Positions 46,780 to 59,400 of a DNA stretch of 64,000 bases are shown one piece after another. Source of the DNA: Malacoraja senta. Lineage: Eukaryota. A program made the translations under genes and the position numbers. Every line of letters starts with the position of its first letter. Position 1 is the first letter of the stretch. The notes beneath the pieces are model-generated. The model searched no databases, was not told the origin of the DNA, and saw only the letters and a program-made list of their open reading frames with translations. The stretch lies in the NCBI GenBank assembly GCA_038087875.1, contig CM075993.1, positions 11,596,001 to 11,660,000 of the forward strand, given 5' to 3'.

Positions 46780-47100
46780 GTTTAGTTTGACTTACTTTAC
46801 AGCAGGGAAACAGGCCCTTCGGCCCGGCGAATCCATGCCAACCATCAATCAGCTAGTTCTATGTTATCCCACTTTCTCATCCAATCCCTACACACTAGGG
46901 GCAATTTATAGAGGGACTATGAACCTACCAACCCGCACGTCTTTGGGGTGTAGGAGGAAAGCGGATCACCCTGAGGAAACCCAAATGGTCACAGGGAGAC
47001 CATGGAAACTCCACACAGACAGCACACAAAGTCAGGATTGAACCCTAGTCTCTGGCGCTGTGAGGCAGGAACTCTACCAGTTGTGCCACCATGCCGCCCA
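46780..47100 (-). mobile_element. HE1 SINE
   Basis: Similar to the other copies. Confidence 0.8.
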
Positions 47101-47125
47101 AATGTTGTTGGCAAATTTATTGCCC

Positions 47126-47283
47126 AAACACTGTGGTGTTGTCTGAAGAAGGGGATCGGCCCAAAACGTTGCCTATTTCCTTCGTTGCATAGATGCTGCC
47201 TCACCCGCTGAGTTTCTCCAGCACTTTTGTCTACCTTCGACTTTCCAGCATCTGCAGTTCCTTCTTAAACACTGTGGTGTTGT
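47126..47283 (+). mobile_element. Hammerhead-only mini-insertion with 17 bp TSD
   Basis: AAACACTGTGGTGTTGT at 47126-47142 and 47267-47283. Insert starts at CTGAAGA (47143); core mutated. Confidence 0.8.
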
Positions 47284-47899
47284 TTCATCACTGCCTGGTG
47301 CCCCAAGAAAGTCACATTTGCTCCTACTCACTGCATCCTATCTGTCAGCCACATTTCTTACCACTTAGAGTCACAGAGATAGAGATGAGAAGACAACTGC
47401 TCGAATAAGAGATGGCTGATGCAGGAAAATGCAACTAACAATAAACTGTTGGAAGAACAAGATAATGAAATTGCAGCAGGATCTTGATCGATTGGCCAGG
47501 TGGGTTGAGAAATGGTTGATGAAATTTAATACAGAGAAATTTGAGGTGTTGCAATTTGGGACGTCTAACAAGGGCAGGACCTACACAGTAAATGGGGGGG
47601 GGGGGTTCTGGGGAGTGTTGTGGAGCAGAGGGATCTAGGAGTACAGGTCACAGTGGAGTCGCAGGTAGATAGGGTGGTCAAAAAGGCTTTTGGCACATTG
47701 GCCTTCATCAGTCAGAGCATTGAGTTTGAAAGTTGGGAGGTCATGTTGCAGTTGTATAAGACGTTGGTTAGACCGCATTTAGAGTTACAGAGGGAAGATT
47801 TACAAGGACGTTGCCAGGACTAGAGGGTCTGAGCTACAGGGAGAGGTTGAGCATGCTAGGACACATTATTCCTTGGAATGCAGGAGGATGAGGAGTGAT

Positions 47900-49538
47900 A
47901 GAAACATAGAAACATAGAAACGTAGAAAATAGGTGCAGGAGTAGGCCATTCGGCCCTTCGAGCCTGCACCGCCATTCAATATGATCATGGCTGATCATCC
48001 AACTCAGTATCCCGTACCTGCCTTCTCTCCATACCCCCTGATCCCTTTAGCCACAAGGGCCACATCTAACTTAAATATAGCCAATGAACTGGCCTCGACT
48101 ACCCTCTGTGGCAGAGAGTTCCAGAGATTCACCACTCTCTGTGTGAAAAAAGTTCTTCTCATCTCGGTTTTAAAGGATTTCCCCCTTATCCTTAAGCTGT
48201 GACCCCTTGTCCTGGACTTCCCCAACATCGGGAGCAATCTTCCTGCATCTAGCCTGTCCAACCCCTTAAGAATTTTGTAAGTTTCTATAAGATCCCCTCT
48301 CAATCTCCTAAATTCTAGAGAGTATAAACCAAGTCTATCCAGTCTTTCTTCATATGAAAGTCCTGACATCCCAGGAATCAGTCTGGTGAACCTTCTCTGC
48401 ACTCCCTCTATGGCTATAATGTCCTTCCTCAGATTTGGAGACCAAAATTGTACGCAATACTCCAGGTGTGGTCTCACCAAGACCCTGTACAACTGCAGTA
48501 GAACCTCCCTGCTCCTATACTCAAATCCTCTTGCTATGAAGGCCAACATACCATTCGCTTTCTTCACTGCCTGCTGCACCTGCATGCCTACTTTCAATGA
48601 CTGGTGTACCATGACACCCAGGTCTCGCTGCACCTCCCCATTTCCTAATCGGCCACCATTTAGATAATAGTCTGCCTTCCCGTTTTGCCACCAAAGTGGA
48701 TAACCTCACATTTATCCACATCATACTGCATCTGCCAAACATTTGCCCACTCACCCCGCCTATCCAAGTCACCTTGCAGTCTCCTAGCATCCTCCTCACA
48801 GCTAACACTGCCCCCCAGCTTAGTGTCATCCGCAAACTTGGAGATGTTGCTTTCAATTCCCTCGTCCAGATCATTAATATAAATTGTAAATAGCTGGGGT
48901 CCCAGCACTGAGCCTTGCGGTACCCCACTAGTCACTGCCTGCCATTGTGAAAAGGACCCGTTTACTCCTACTCTTTGCTTCCTGTTTGCCAGCCAGTTCT
49001 CTATCCACATCAATACTGAACCCCCAATACCGTGTGATTTAAATTTGTATCCTAATCTCTTATGTGGTACCTTGTCGAAAGCCTTCTGAAAGTCCAGATA
49101 CACCACATCCACTGGTTCTCCCCTATCCACTCTACTAGTTACATCCTCGAAAAATTCTATAAGATTCGTCAGACACGATTTACCTTTCGTAAATCCATGC
49201 TGACTTTGTCCAATGATTTCACCACTTTCCAAATGTGCTGCTATCCCATCTTTAATAACTGACTCTAGCAGTTTCCCCACTACCGATGTTAGACTAACTG
49301 GTCTGTCATTCCCCGTTTCCTCTCTCCCTCCCTTCTTAAAAAGTGGGGTTACGTTTGCTACCCTCCAATCCTCAGGAACTACTCCAGAATCTAAAGAATT
49401 TTGAAAAATTATCACTAATGCATCCACTATTTCTGGAGCTACTTCCTTAAGTACTCTGGGATGCAGCCTATCTGGCCCTGGTGATTTATCGGCCTTTAAT
49501 CCATTCAATTTACCCAACACCACTTCCCGACTAACCTG
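47900..49538 (-). mobile_element. Young 5'-truncated CR1 LINE (RT domain), nested in an older plus-strand HER1-like LINE (~47465-47899 / 49539-49860)
   Basis: [31 protein letters not shown]. Host rejoins as GAGGAGTGAT|CTTATAGAG. Confidence 0.93.
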
Positions 49539-49959
49539 GATCTTATAGAGTTGTATAAAATCATGAGAGGAATAGATCGGGTAGTTGCACAGAGTCTCTT
49601 GCTCAGAGTACCAGAGGACATAGTTTTAGGTGAAGGGGGAAAGATTTAATACAAATCTGAGAGGTAACCGTTTCATGCATAGGGTGGTGAGTGTATGTTA
49701 TGAGCTGCGAGATGAAGTCGTTGAGGCAGGGACTATCCCAACGTTTAAGAAACATTTAGACAGGTACATGGATAGGACAGGTATAGAGGGATGTGGGCCA
49801 AATGCGGGCAGGTGGGACATGTGTACGTGAGACATGTTGGCCGGCGTGGGCAAGTTGGCATATAAGGGATTGTGGGGAGGGGGGGTGGGGGTAGGGAGGG
49901 TTGATGGAACTGGATAGGAAAAGGGGGAGAGGTGAAGAAAGTAAAGGGGGAGAGAGAAA

Positions 49960-50180
49960 ATAGATACAAAGTGTTGGAGTGTCTCAGCAGGTCAGGCAGC
50001 AGATCTAGAGAACTTGGATAGATGACGTTTTGGGTCGGGACCCGTCTTCAGAATGGAGAATGGTCCCAACCTAAAATGTCACCTATCCTTGTTCTCCAGA
50101 GGTGCTGCCTGACCCACTGAGTTACTCCAGCAATTTGTGCTTTTCTTTGTAAATCACCATCTGCAGGTCCTTGTATCTAC
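49960..50180. mobile_element. Old fold-back hammerhead/pLTR pair
   Basis: Minus unit at ~49960-50052 and plus unit at ~50056-50180, both degenerate. Confidence 0.65.
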
Positions 50181-50854
50181 ACTAAAGGAGAGAGGGAAAA
50201 CCTGGGATGGAGCAGTGGGGTTTGGAGAATTTAATGTTCAAACCATTGGCTGCAAACTACCTGGACGGGATGAATAGAACATTGAACATGGAACAGGACA
50301 GCACAGGAACAGGCCCTTCAGCCCATAATGTCCATGTTGTACAGGATGCCAGGTGGAACTAATCTCCTCTGCCTGCACGTGATTCATATCCCTCCATATC
50401 CATGCACCTGTCTCGTATATGCCTCAATTCTTCATTGTACAGCTTGTGTTTGGCCTCACCCTGGCAGTGGAGAATTTCGAGGACAGAGAGGTTGGTGTAG
50501 GAGTGGGGATGGGAGTTGGAGTGACCTGAAACCGAGAGTTTAAGATGGACGTTTGTGGACAGAGGGCAGACGCTGAACAAAATGGTGGCCTAGTTTACAC
50601 TTGGTCTCACAGATATGACCATATGAATGAAGGAATGAATGAACACTTTATTGTCACAGTGAAATTCTTTGCTTGCATACCCAAGGAGATTGTGGCCACC
50701 AGATGTAGTAGATCAGGTTGGAGCAGGTGAACTTCTGCCTCACCAGGAAGACTTTAGACTTTAGAGATACAGCGCAGAAACAGGCCCTTCGGCCGACTGA
50801 GTCCAGGCCGATCGGCGATCCCCACACACTAGCATTATCCTACAAACCTTTACA

Positions 50855-52175
50855 ATTGGTCTGCCATGTCCTTGTTCCCCATGATCAATTCACCTGTTTC
50901 TGACTGCAAGGGACCTACATTTGTTTTAACTTATCTCTTTCTCTTCACATATCTATAAAAACATTTGCAGTCAGTTTTTATGTTCCCTGCCAGTTTTCTT
51001 TCATAATCTATTTTCCCTTTCCTAATTAAGCCCTTTGTCCTCCTCTGCTGGACTCTGAATTTCTCCCAGTCCTCTGGTAGGCTGCTTTTTCTGGCTAATT
51101 TGTATGCTTCATCTTTTGTTTTGAAACTATCCCTGATTTCCCTTGTTATCCACGGATGCACTACCTTCCCTGATTTATTCTTTTGCCAAACTGGGATGAA
51201 CAATTGTTGTAGTTCATCCATGCAATCTTTAAATGCCTTCCATTGCATATCCACCGTCAACCCTTTAAGAATCAATTGCCAGTCAATCTTGGCCAATTCA
51301 CGTTTCATACCCTCAAAGTTACCTTTCTTTAAGTTCAGAACCCTTGTTTCTGAATTAACAATGTCACTCTCCATCCTAATGAAGAACTCAACCATATTAT
51401 GGTTACTCTTGCCCAAGGGGCCACGCACAACAAGACTGCTAACTAACCCTTCCTCATTACTCAATACCCAGTCTAGAATAACCTGCTCTCTCGTTGGTTC
51501 CTCTACATGTTGGTTTAGATAACTATCCCTCATACATTCCAAGAAATCCTCTTCCTCAGTACCCCTGCCAATTTGATTCACCCAATCTATATGTAGATTG
51601 AAGTCACCCATTATAACTGTTTTACCTTTGTTGCACGCATTTCTAATTTCCTGTTTAATGCCATCCCCAACTCCACTACTACTGTTAGGTGGCCTGTACA
51701 CAACTCCCACTAGCGTTTTCTGCCCCTTAGTGTTTCGCAGCTCTAACCATATCGATTCCACATCCTCAAAGCTAATGTCCTTCCTTTCCATTGCGTTAAT
51801 CTCCTCTCTGACCAGCAACGCTACCCCACCTCCTTTTCCTTTCTGTCTATCCCTCCTGAATATTGAATATCCCTGGATGTTCAGCTCCCAGCCTTGGTCA
51901 CCCTGGAGCCATGTCCCCGTGATCCCAACTATATCATAATCATTAATAGCTACCTGCACATTCAACTCATCCACCTTATTACGAATGCTCCTTGCATTGA
52001 GACACAAAGCCTTCAGGCTTGTTTTTACAACGCTCTTACCCCTTATACAATTATGTTGAAAAGTGGCCCTTTTTGATTTTTGCCCTGGATTTGTCTGCCT
52101 GCCACGTTTACTTTTCACCTTGCTACCTATTGCTTCCGCCCGCATTTTACACCCTCTGTCTCTCTGCTCACACAT
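50855..52175 (-). pseudogene. CR1 ORF2 N-terminal part (APE endonuclease), 3'-truncated
   Basis: LNARSIRNK, YRPP, MGDFN, LDWVL, SNH (for SDH). Stop at 50931; homology ends at ~50855. Confidence 0.9.
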
Positions 52176-52322
52176 TTAAGAAACCCACCACCTCTTATTC
52201 TCTGTTTATAATTTTTTTCTTCTTTATCCCCTACCTGTCGGGTCTGGGTGCTTCCCTTCTCTGCCTCCTGCCTCACACACTGTCTATTAGCTTTCTCTAT
52301 TTGAGTCCCTCCCCCAACCGTT

Positions 52323-53258
52323 CTAGTTTAAAGTCTCCGCAGTAGCCTTTGCAAATCTCCCCGCCAGGATATTGGTCCCCCTCGGGTTCAAGTGCAACCC
52401 GTCCTTTTTGTACAGGTCACACCTTCCACAAAAGAGGTCCCAATGATCCAGAAACTTGAATCCATACCCACTGCACCAGTCCTTCAGCCACGCATTTATC
52501 CTCCACCTCGCTCCATTCCTACTCTCACTGTCGCGTGGCACAGGCAGTAATCCCGAGGTTGTTACCTTTGCGGTCCTGCTCCTTAACTCTCTTCCTAACT
52601 CCCTAAATTCTCCTTTCAGGACCTCTTCCCTTTTTCTACCTATGTCATTGGTACCTATATGTACCACGACCTCGGGCTCCTCTCCCTCCCATTTCAGGAT
52701 ATCTTGGACACGTTCAGACACATCCCAGACCCTGGCACCAGGGAGGGAAACTACTATCCGGGTCTCCTGACTGCATCCACAGAATCGCCTGTCTGACTCC
52801 CTAACTATAGAGTCCCCTATTACTACTTCCCTCCTCTTCTTTTCCTTACCCTTCTGAGCAACAGTGCCGGTCTCTGTACCGGAGGCCCGGCCGCTGTCGC
52901 TACCCCCAGGTAGGCTGTCCCCCCCAACAGTACTCAAACAGGAGTACTTATTGTCAAGGTGTACAGCCACCGGGGTACTCTCTAGTCCCTGCCTCTGCCC
53001 CTTGCCTCTCCTAACCGTGACCAACCTGCCTGCCTCCTGTGGTCTTGGAGTGACCACCTCTCTATAACTCCTCTCTATGACTTCCTCACTCTCCCTGACC
53101 AGACGGAGGTCATCGAGCTGCTGCTCCAGGTTCCTAATAAGGTCCCTTAGGAGCCCCATCTCAATGCACCTGGCGCAGATGTGGACGTCTGGAAGGCTAT
53201 CAGATTCCTTGACCTCCCACATCTGACATCCAGAACAGTAAACTGCCCTGGGCCTCAT
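52323..53258 (-). CDS. CR1 ORF1 protein (Zn-finger/leucine zipper plus SGNH-esterase-like domain), 311 aa
   Basis: CSGC...CARC, heptad leucines, GDSIVR, HIGTND, DGLHLN. Likely ATG at 53258; frame intact. Confidence 0.9.
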   Translation of the reverse strand: MRPRAVYCSGCQMWEVKESDSLPDVHICARCIEMGLLRDLIRNLEQQLDDLRLVRESEEVIERSYREVVTPRPQEAGRLVTVRRGKGQRQGLESTPVAVHLDNKYSCLSTVGGDSLPGGSDSGRASGTETGTVAQKGKEKKRREVVIGDSIVRESDRRFCGCSQETRIVVSLPGARVWDVSERVQDILKWEGEEPEVVVHIGTNDIGRKREEVLKGEFRELGRELRSRTAKVTTSGLLPVPRDSESRNGARWRINAWLKDWCSGYGFKFLDHWDLFCGRCDLYKKDGLHLNPRGTNILAGRFAKATAETLN

Positions 53259-53550
53259 ACTCCTCCTGTACCTAGGATACAATACATCTGTCATCCAGAA
53301 CAGTAAACTGCCCTGGCCCTCATACTCCTCCTGTACCTAGGATACAACACAAATACAATACAATACAATACAAAGTGCTGGAAGAAATCAGCAGGGATCT
53401 GACTCCCAACAGCTGCTTCCTCTAGTCCACTTCCACCAATCAGCGGCTTCCTCAAGCCCACTTGTTTTGAACTGTAAACTGCGACTGGAACGTTACCGAT
53501 TTGGGCTACTCCTCCCTCACCAACAGCTCCAACGGCTCCCGGGCCTCTGT

Positions 53551-53935
53551 ACCCTGTACCTGCCTTCTCACCATATCCCCTGACTCTGCCATCTTTAAGA
53601 GCTCTATCTAACTCTCTCTTGAAAGCATCCAGAGAATTGGCCTCCACTGCCTTCTGAGGCAGAGAATTCCACAGATTCACAACTCTCGGGGTGAAAAAGT
53701 GTTTCCTCGTCTCCGTTCTAAATGGCCTACCCCTTATTCTTAAACTGTGGCCCCTGGTTCTGGACTCCCCCAACATCGGTAACATGTTTCCTGCCTCCAG
53801 CATGTCCAACCCCTCAATAATCTTATGTTTCAATTAGATCCCCTCTCATCCTTCTAAATTCCAGAGTATACAAGCCCAGCTGCTCCAATCTGTCAACATA
53901 TGACAGTCCCGCCATCCCGGGAATTAACCTCGTGG
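53551..53935 (-). mobile_element. CR1 LINE ORF2 3' fragment
   Basis: RLIPGMAGLSY...SRTRGHSLRIRG...YGEKAGTGY. Confidence 0.88.
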
Positions 53936-54059
53936 GGATCCGTTGACGATCCATAGAAAATAGGTAGAAATTAACCATCGAGGATCCATAGAAAATAGGT
54001 AGAAAATAGGTGCAGGAGGAGGCCATTTGGCCCATCGAGCCTGAACCGCACTATCCAAT

Positions 54060-54450
54060 TGCAGAGATGAGTGCTGAGTTTGGAGATACGTTTGGTGGGG
54101 TAATGGTATTGAAAGCAGAGATGTAGTCTATGAATAGGAGTCTGACATAGGTGTCTCTCTTATCTAGGCGTTCTGGGGATGAGTGTAGGGCTAGGGCGAT
54201 GGCATTATCCGTGGACCTGTTGTGGCGGTAGGTGAACTGCAGTGGGTCAAGGCCGCTGGATTTAATGCGTTCCATAACCAGCCTCTCAAAGGACTACACA
54301 ATGGTGGATGCCAAGGGATGAGATCTGGCTTTTCTTCAGCACTGGGTTGATGGTGGTCTACTTGAAGCCTGCAGCTTGGGTACTTCAGAATGGAGTGGGC
54401 AGAGATTAAAGATGTCCGTGAACACTCCCGCTAGCTGGTCCAAGCAGTTG
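54060..54450 (-). pseudogene. Rex1/Babar RT remnant
   Basis: LDPLQFTYRHNRSTDNAI...YVRLLFIDYISAFNTI. Confidence 0.8.
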
Positions 54451-54519
54451 GTCTGCAGCAAGTAAGAAATGAATTGTGCCGTAACCAGTGCATGTGGAGA
54501 GTAAACACTCTTGCCTCTT

Positions 54520-54848
54520 GGGCAGCCATGGTGGCACAGCGGTAAAGTTGCTGCCTTCCAGTGCTTGCAGCGCCGGAGACCCAGGTTCGATCCTGACTAC
54601 GGGTGCTGTCTGTACGGAGTTTGTACGTTCTCCCCGTGACCTGCGTGGGGATTTCTCTGAGATCTTTGGTTTCCTCCCACACTCCAAAGACGTACAGGTA
54701 TGTAGGTTACTTGGCTTGGTGTAAGTGTAAATTGTCCCTAGTGTGTGTAGGATAGTGTTAATGTGCGGGGATCGCTGGTCAGCGCATACTGGGTGGGCCG
54801 AAGGGCCTGTTTCTGCGCTGTATCTCTGAACTTAACTAAACTAAACTA
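54520..54848 (+). mobile_element. HE1 SINE, full length
   Basis: A-box TGGCACAGCGG, B-box GGTTCGATCC, central domain, LINE-like tail and (CTAAA)n. Confidence 0.92.
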
Positions 54849-54945
54849 ATGTCTTAACAACACACTGAGTGCAAGGTGAACCAGGAAGCGTGGTGGTTGA
54901 GAGTTGTTGGGCGACCATAGATTGAGGGGATTAGCTGGCCACATT

Positions 54946-55258
54946 CAGAGTCATATGGTCATAGAGTGATATAGTGTGGAAACAGGCCCTTCGGCCCAAC
55001 TTGCCCACACCGGCCAACATGTCCCAGCTACACAAGTTCCACCTGCACGCGTTTGGTCCATATCCCTCCAAACCTGTCCTATCCATGTACCTGTCTAACT
55101 GTTTCATAAACGTTGGGATAGTCCCAGCCTCAACTACCTCCTCTGGCAGCTTGTTCCATACACCCACCACCCTTTGTATGAAAAAGTGACCCCTCAGATT
55201 CCTATTAAATCTTTTCCCCTTCACCTTAAACCCGTGTCCTCTGCTACTCTGGGCAAGA
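54946..55258 (-). mobile_element. HER1/CR1 LINE 3' fragment
   Basis: RGHGFKVKGKRFNRNLRG...QRVVGVWNKLP. Confidence 0.85.
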
Positions 55259-55878
55259 GAGATGAACACAAAGCCAGCCTCCAGTTGCAGCTTCACACAA
55301 AGCAAAGCCTCCGTAAAACCGGGCAAGGAGCCACCTTGAGTTTCAAAGATAGCCCCTAATTGGTGAACATAATTTTGTACCGCTCTTTGCCCTGTTAGAT
55401 GTACAACGGAACATTGATTATGCCGACAGCGCTCAAAATAACCTTTGTTAGAAAAATCGCCTGAACAAATCGGTGAAGCAGCCTCACATTTATCAGTCAG
55501 CATGTGGTCACTCTGACCCAGTGCAGTGTACTTCATCATTCAGCGATCAGTCCCTGAATGTAGCTCTCACTGTTAAATCATTGCAGTCACATTCACAACC
55601 TTACCACTCAGGACAGAACAAGAATATCCCACCAACGTAAGGAGTTTTCTTATTAATTGACATGCTGTTTTGAAATTTCAATTAATTTAACTGACCCAAT
55701 TTAGCAGATTGTCCTTTTAAACTAGTCGACTATATTGCTTTTCAAAAAAAAATTAACTCTTGGCTGTAGTGTGAAATCTATTGTAAATATGAAACTGTTA
55801 CACCTCAGATTACACACTGGCTGTAACCATATAACAAACTCTCCATCACTATTATACACGATCTGCCTCCACAGCACA

Positions 55879-56540
55879 GGGCGGCATGGTGGTGCAGCTG
55901 GTAGAGTTGCTGCCTCACAGTGCCAGAGATCCTGGTTCGATCCTGACCTCGGGTGCTGTCTGTGTGGAGTTTACACGTTCTCCCTGTAACCGTATGGGTT
56001 TCATCCAGGTGCTCCGGTTTCCTCCCACATTAGATGCACAGAGTCTCTTCTCTTGCCCAGAGAAGGTGAATCAAGGACCAGAGAAAATAGGTTTAAGGTG
56101 AAGGGGAAAAGATTTAATAGAAATCTGAGGGGAACCTTTTTCACGCAAAGGGTGGTGGGTGTATGGAGCGAGCTGCCAGAGAAGGTAGTTGAGGCAGGGA
56201 CTATCCCAATGTTTCAGAAACATTCAGACAGGTTCATGGAGAGGACAGGTTTAGAGGGATATGGGCCAAATGCAGCCAGGTGGGACTAGTGTAGCTGGGA
56301 CATGTTGGCCGGTGTGGGCAAGTTGGGCTGAAGGACCTGCTTCCACGCTGTATCATTCTACGACTCTATGACTCGATCCCAAAGTCGTGCGGGTTTGTAC
56401 GTTAATTGGCCTCGAAATTGCCCTGAGTGTGTAGGGAGTGGATGTTAAAATGGGATAGCATAGACCTAGTGTGAAGGGTGATCAATGGTCGGCATGGACT
56501 CAGTGGGCCGAAGGGCCTGTTTCCATGTTTACCTTTTAAT
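55879..56540 (+). mobile_element. HE1 SINE split by a HER1 LINE 3' fragment (~56031-56373)
   Basis: SINE halves rejoin as TTCCTCCCACAT|CCCAAAG; the LINE tail lies between them. Confidence 0.85.
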
Positions 56541-56619
56541 CAATTGTCACCACTATGAGAACAAGGCAAAGGCCTTTGATGGTTTCACCCACTCATGGCT
56601 GTTCATGAGTTTATATGTG

Positions 56620-59400
56620 ATAGGAGCAGGTTGGTACGGAGGGTAGTGTGGGAAAGGTTAGTGGACAGATTAGGCAGGTGAAAGGCGGAGAGTGAGGAAG
56701 GAGGTTGGTTTAAACTGCACGTATTTTAATTCAAGGGGCCTGACGGGTAAGGCAGATGAGCTGAGGGCATGGATAGGTACGAGCGACTGGAACATTGTAG
56801 CCATGACTGAAACCTGGTTAAGGGAGGGGCAGGACTGGCAGCTCAATGTTCCGGGGTACAGGAGCTTTAGGAGAGATAGGGGTGAGGGAAAAGGAGGGGA
56901 GTTGCATTGTTGGTTAAGGAGGATGTCACGGCTGTGTTCAGAGGTGACATTACGGACGTAATGAGGCTATATGGGTGGAGCTGAGGAACAAGAAAGGGAT
57001 GATCACCTTGTTGGGGGTGTACTATAGACCCCCGAATAGTCAATAGGAATTAGAAGAACAAATGTACCGGGAGGTTGCAGACAGCTGCAGGTCAAATAAA
57101 GTTGTTGTAGTAGGAATTTTAACTTTCCCAATATTGACTGGGAACATCATAGCGTGAAGGGTTCAGATGGGGTGCAAGTCCTCAAAAGTGTTCAGGAGAG
57201 TTTTCTTAAGCAGTATGTGGAGGCCCCCACACGTGAGAGGGCAATGTTGGATCTAGTATTGGGAAATTGGGAAGGGCAAGTTAATGAAGTGTGTGTGGAG
57301 GAACCTTTTGGGACCAGTGACCACAGTTTGATTAGGTTTAAGATAGTTATGGATCGGGACGGAGAGGGTCCACGTGTTAAAATGCTCAACTGGGGTAAGG
57401 CCAACGTTGAGGGTATGAGAGAAGGTCTCGTTCAAGTTGACTGGAGCAGGTTATTAGATGGGAAAGGAACATCGGCCAAGTGGGATGTTTTTAAAAGTGT
57501 ACTGACGAAAGCTCATGATATGTACGTCCCCATTAGAGTGAAGGGTAAAGCAGGCAAATGTAAGGAAGCTTGGCTGACAAGGGAAATTGAGACGTTGGTC
57601 AAAAACAAGAAGGATGCATGGGACAGGTATAGGCAGCTGGGGTCGTGCATCCCTGGAGGAGTTTCGGGAACTAAGGAGTAAACTGAAAAATGAGATCAGA
57701 AGGACAAAAAGGGGCCAGCAGATAGCTCTGGCGGGTAGCGTTAAGGACAATCTGAAAAGATTTTATAAATACATAAGCGGGAAAAAGTAACTCCGGAATC
57801 AAAGCGGTCACCTCTGTGTGGAGCCACAGGAGATGGGCAAGGTCCTAAATGAGTATTTCTCCTCTGTATTTACTGAGGAGAAAGACAGTAGGACGGAGGA
57901 AATTGGAGCAGTCACTGGAAGTGTCTTGAGAGCAGTCGGTGTTACCGTCGTAGAAGTACTGAAAGTACTGTCGTGTTTGAAGGTAGACAAATCTCCAGCG
58001 CCTGATCAGATATATCCGAGGACATTGCAGGAAACTAGGGAGGAAATTACGGGAGTCCAGGTTGAAATTTATGAGTCGTCCTTAAATACAGGAGAGGTGC
58101 TGGAAGACTGGAGGGTGGCAAATGTTGTGCCTCTTTTCAAGAAGGCCTGCAGGGAAAATGCTGGGAACTATAGGCCGGTGAGCTCAACATCTGTAGTTGG
58201 TAAGTTACTGGAGAGTATTCTGAGGGATAGGTTATACAGGTATTTGGATGGACAAGGACTGATTAGGGATAGTCAGCATGGTTTTGTACGTGGGAAGTCG
58301 TCTCACAAATCTGATTGCTATTTTTGAAGATGGAGAAATAGCTGAATGGATAGCAAATTGGCTCCATGGAAGGAAGTTGGTGATGGTGGAAGGTTGCTTC
58401 TCAGACTAGAAGCCGGTGACTAGTGGTGTGCCTCAGGGTTCGGTGCTGGGCCCGTTACTGTTTGTCATCTACATCAATGATTTGGATGAGAACATACAGG
58501 GCAAGATTAGCAAGTTTGCTGATGATACAAAAGTTATGGTTTTGCAGATAGTGAAGATGGTTGTGAAAGATTGCAGCAGGATCTGGATCAATTGGCCAGG
58601 TGGGCTGAGGAATGGTTGATGGAATTTAATACAGAGAAGTGTGAGGTGTTGCATTTTGGGACGTCGAACAAGGGCAGGACCTACACAGTGAATGGTAGGC
58701 CTCTGGGTAGTGTTGTAAAGCAGAGGGATCTAGGAATACAGGTGCATGGTTCCTTGAAGGTCAAGTCGCAGGTAGATAAGGTGGTCAAAAAGGCTTTTGG
58801 CACTTCGGCCTTCATCAGTCAGAGTATTGAGTATAGAAGTTGGGAGGTCACGTTGCAGTTGTATAAGACGTTGGTGAGACCGCATTTAGAATATTGTGTT
58901 CAGTTCTGGGCACCGTGTTATAGGAAAGATATTGTCAAGCTTGAAAGGGTTCAGAGAAGATTTATGAGGATTTTTCCAACTATAGGGAGAGGTTGAGTAG
59001 GCTGGGTCTCTATTTCATGGGGCGTAGGAGGATGAGGGGAGATCTTATAGATGTGTACAAAATCATGAGAGGGATAGATCGGTGTCTCTTGGCCAGAGTA
59101 GGGCAATCGAAGGCCAGAAGACATAGGTTCAAGGTGAAGGAGAAAAGATTTAATAGGAATCTGAGGGGGAAGTTTTCACTCAGAGGGTGGTGGGTGGATG
59201 GAACAAGCTGCCAGCGGAGGTAGTTGAGGCTGGGACTATCCCATCGTTTAAGAAACAGTTAGACAGGTACATGGATAGGACAGGTTTGGAGGGATATGGA
59301 CCAAGCGCAGGAAGTGGGACGAGTGTAGCTGGGACATTGTTGGCTGGTGTGGGCAAGTTGGGCCAAAGGGCCTGTTTCCACACTGTATCACTCTATGACT
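56620..59400 (+). pseudogene. HER1/CR1 LINE ORF2 (endonuclease + RT to 3' tail), degenerate
   Basis: [29 protein letters not shown] in successive frames; tail GGGCCAAAGGGCCTGTTTCC. Confidence 0.92.

Noticed and set aside
47900..53550. One full-length CR1 split in two
   Set aside because: The RT part has its own clean insertion site in an older LINE (GAT|CTTATAG), about 100 nt of ORF2 is missing between the parts, and the intervening DNA is older repeat mosaic.
54520..54600. tRNA gene
   Set aside because: The A/B boxes belong to the HE1 SINE head, which continues into the SINE body; no complete cloverleaf was evident.
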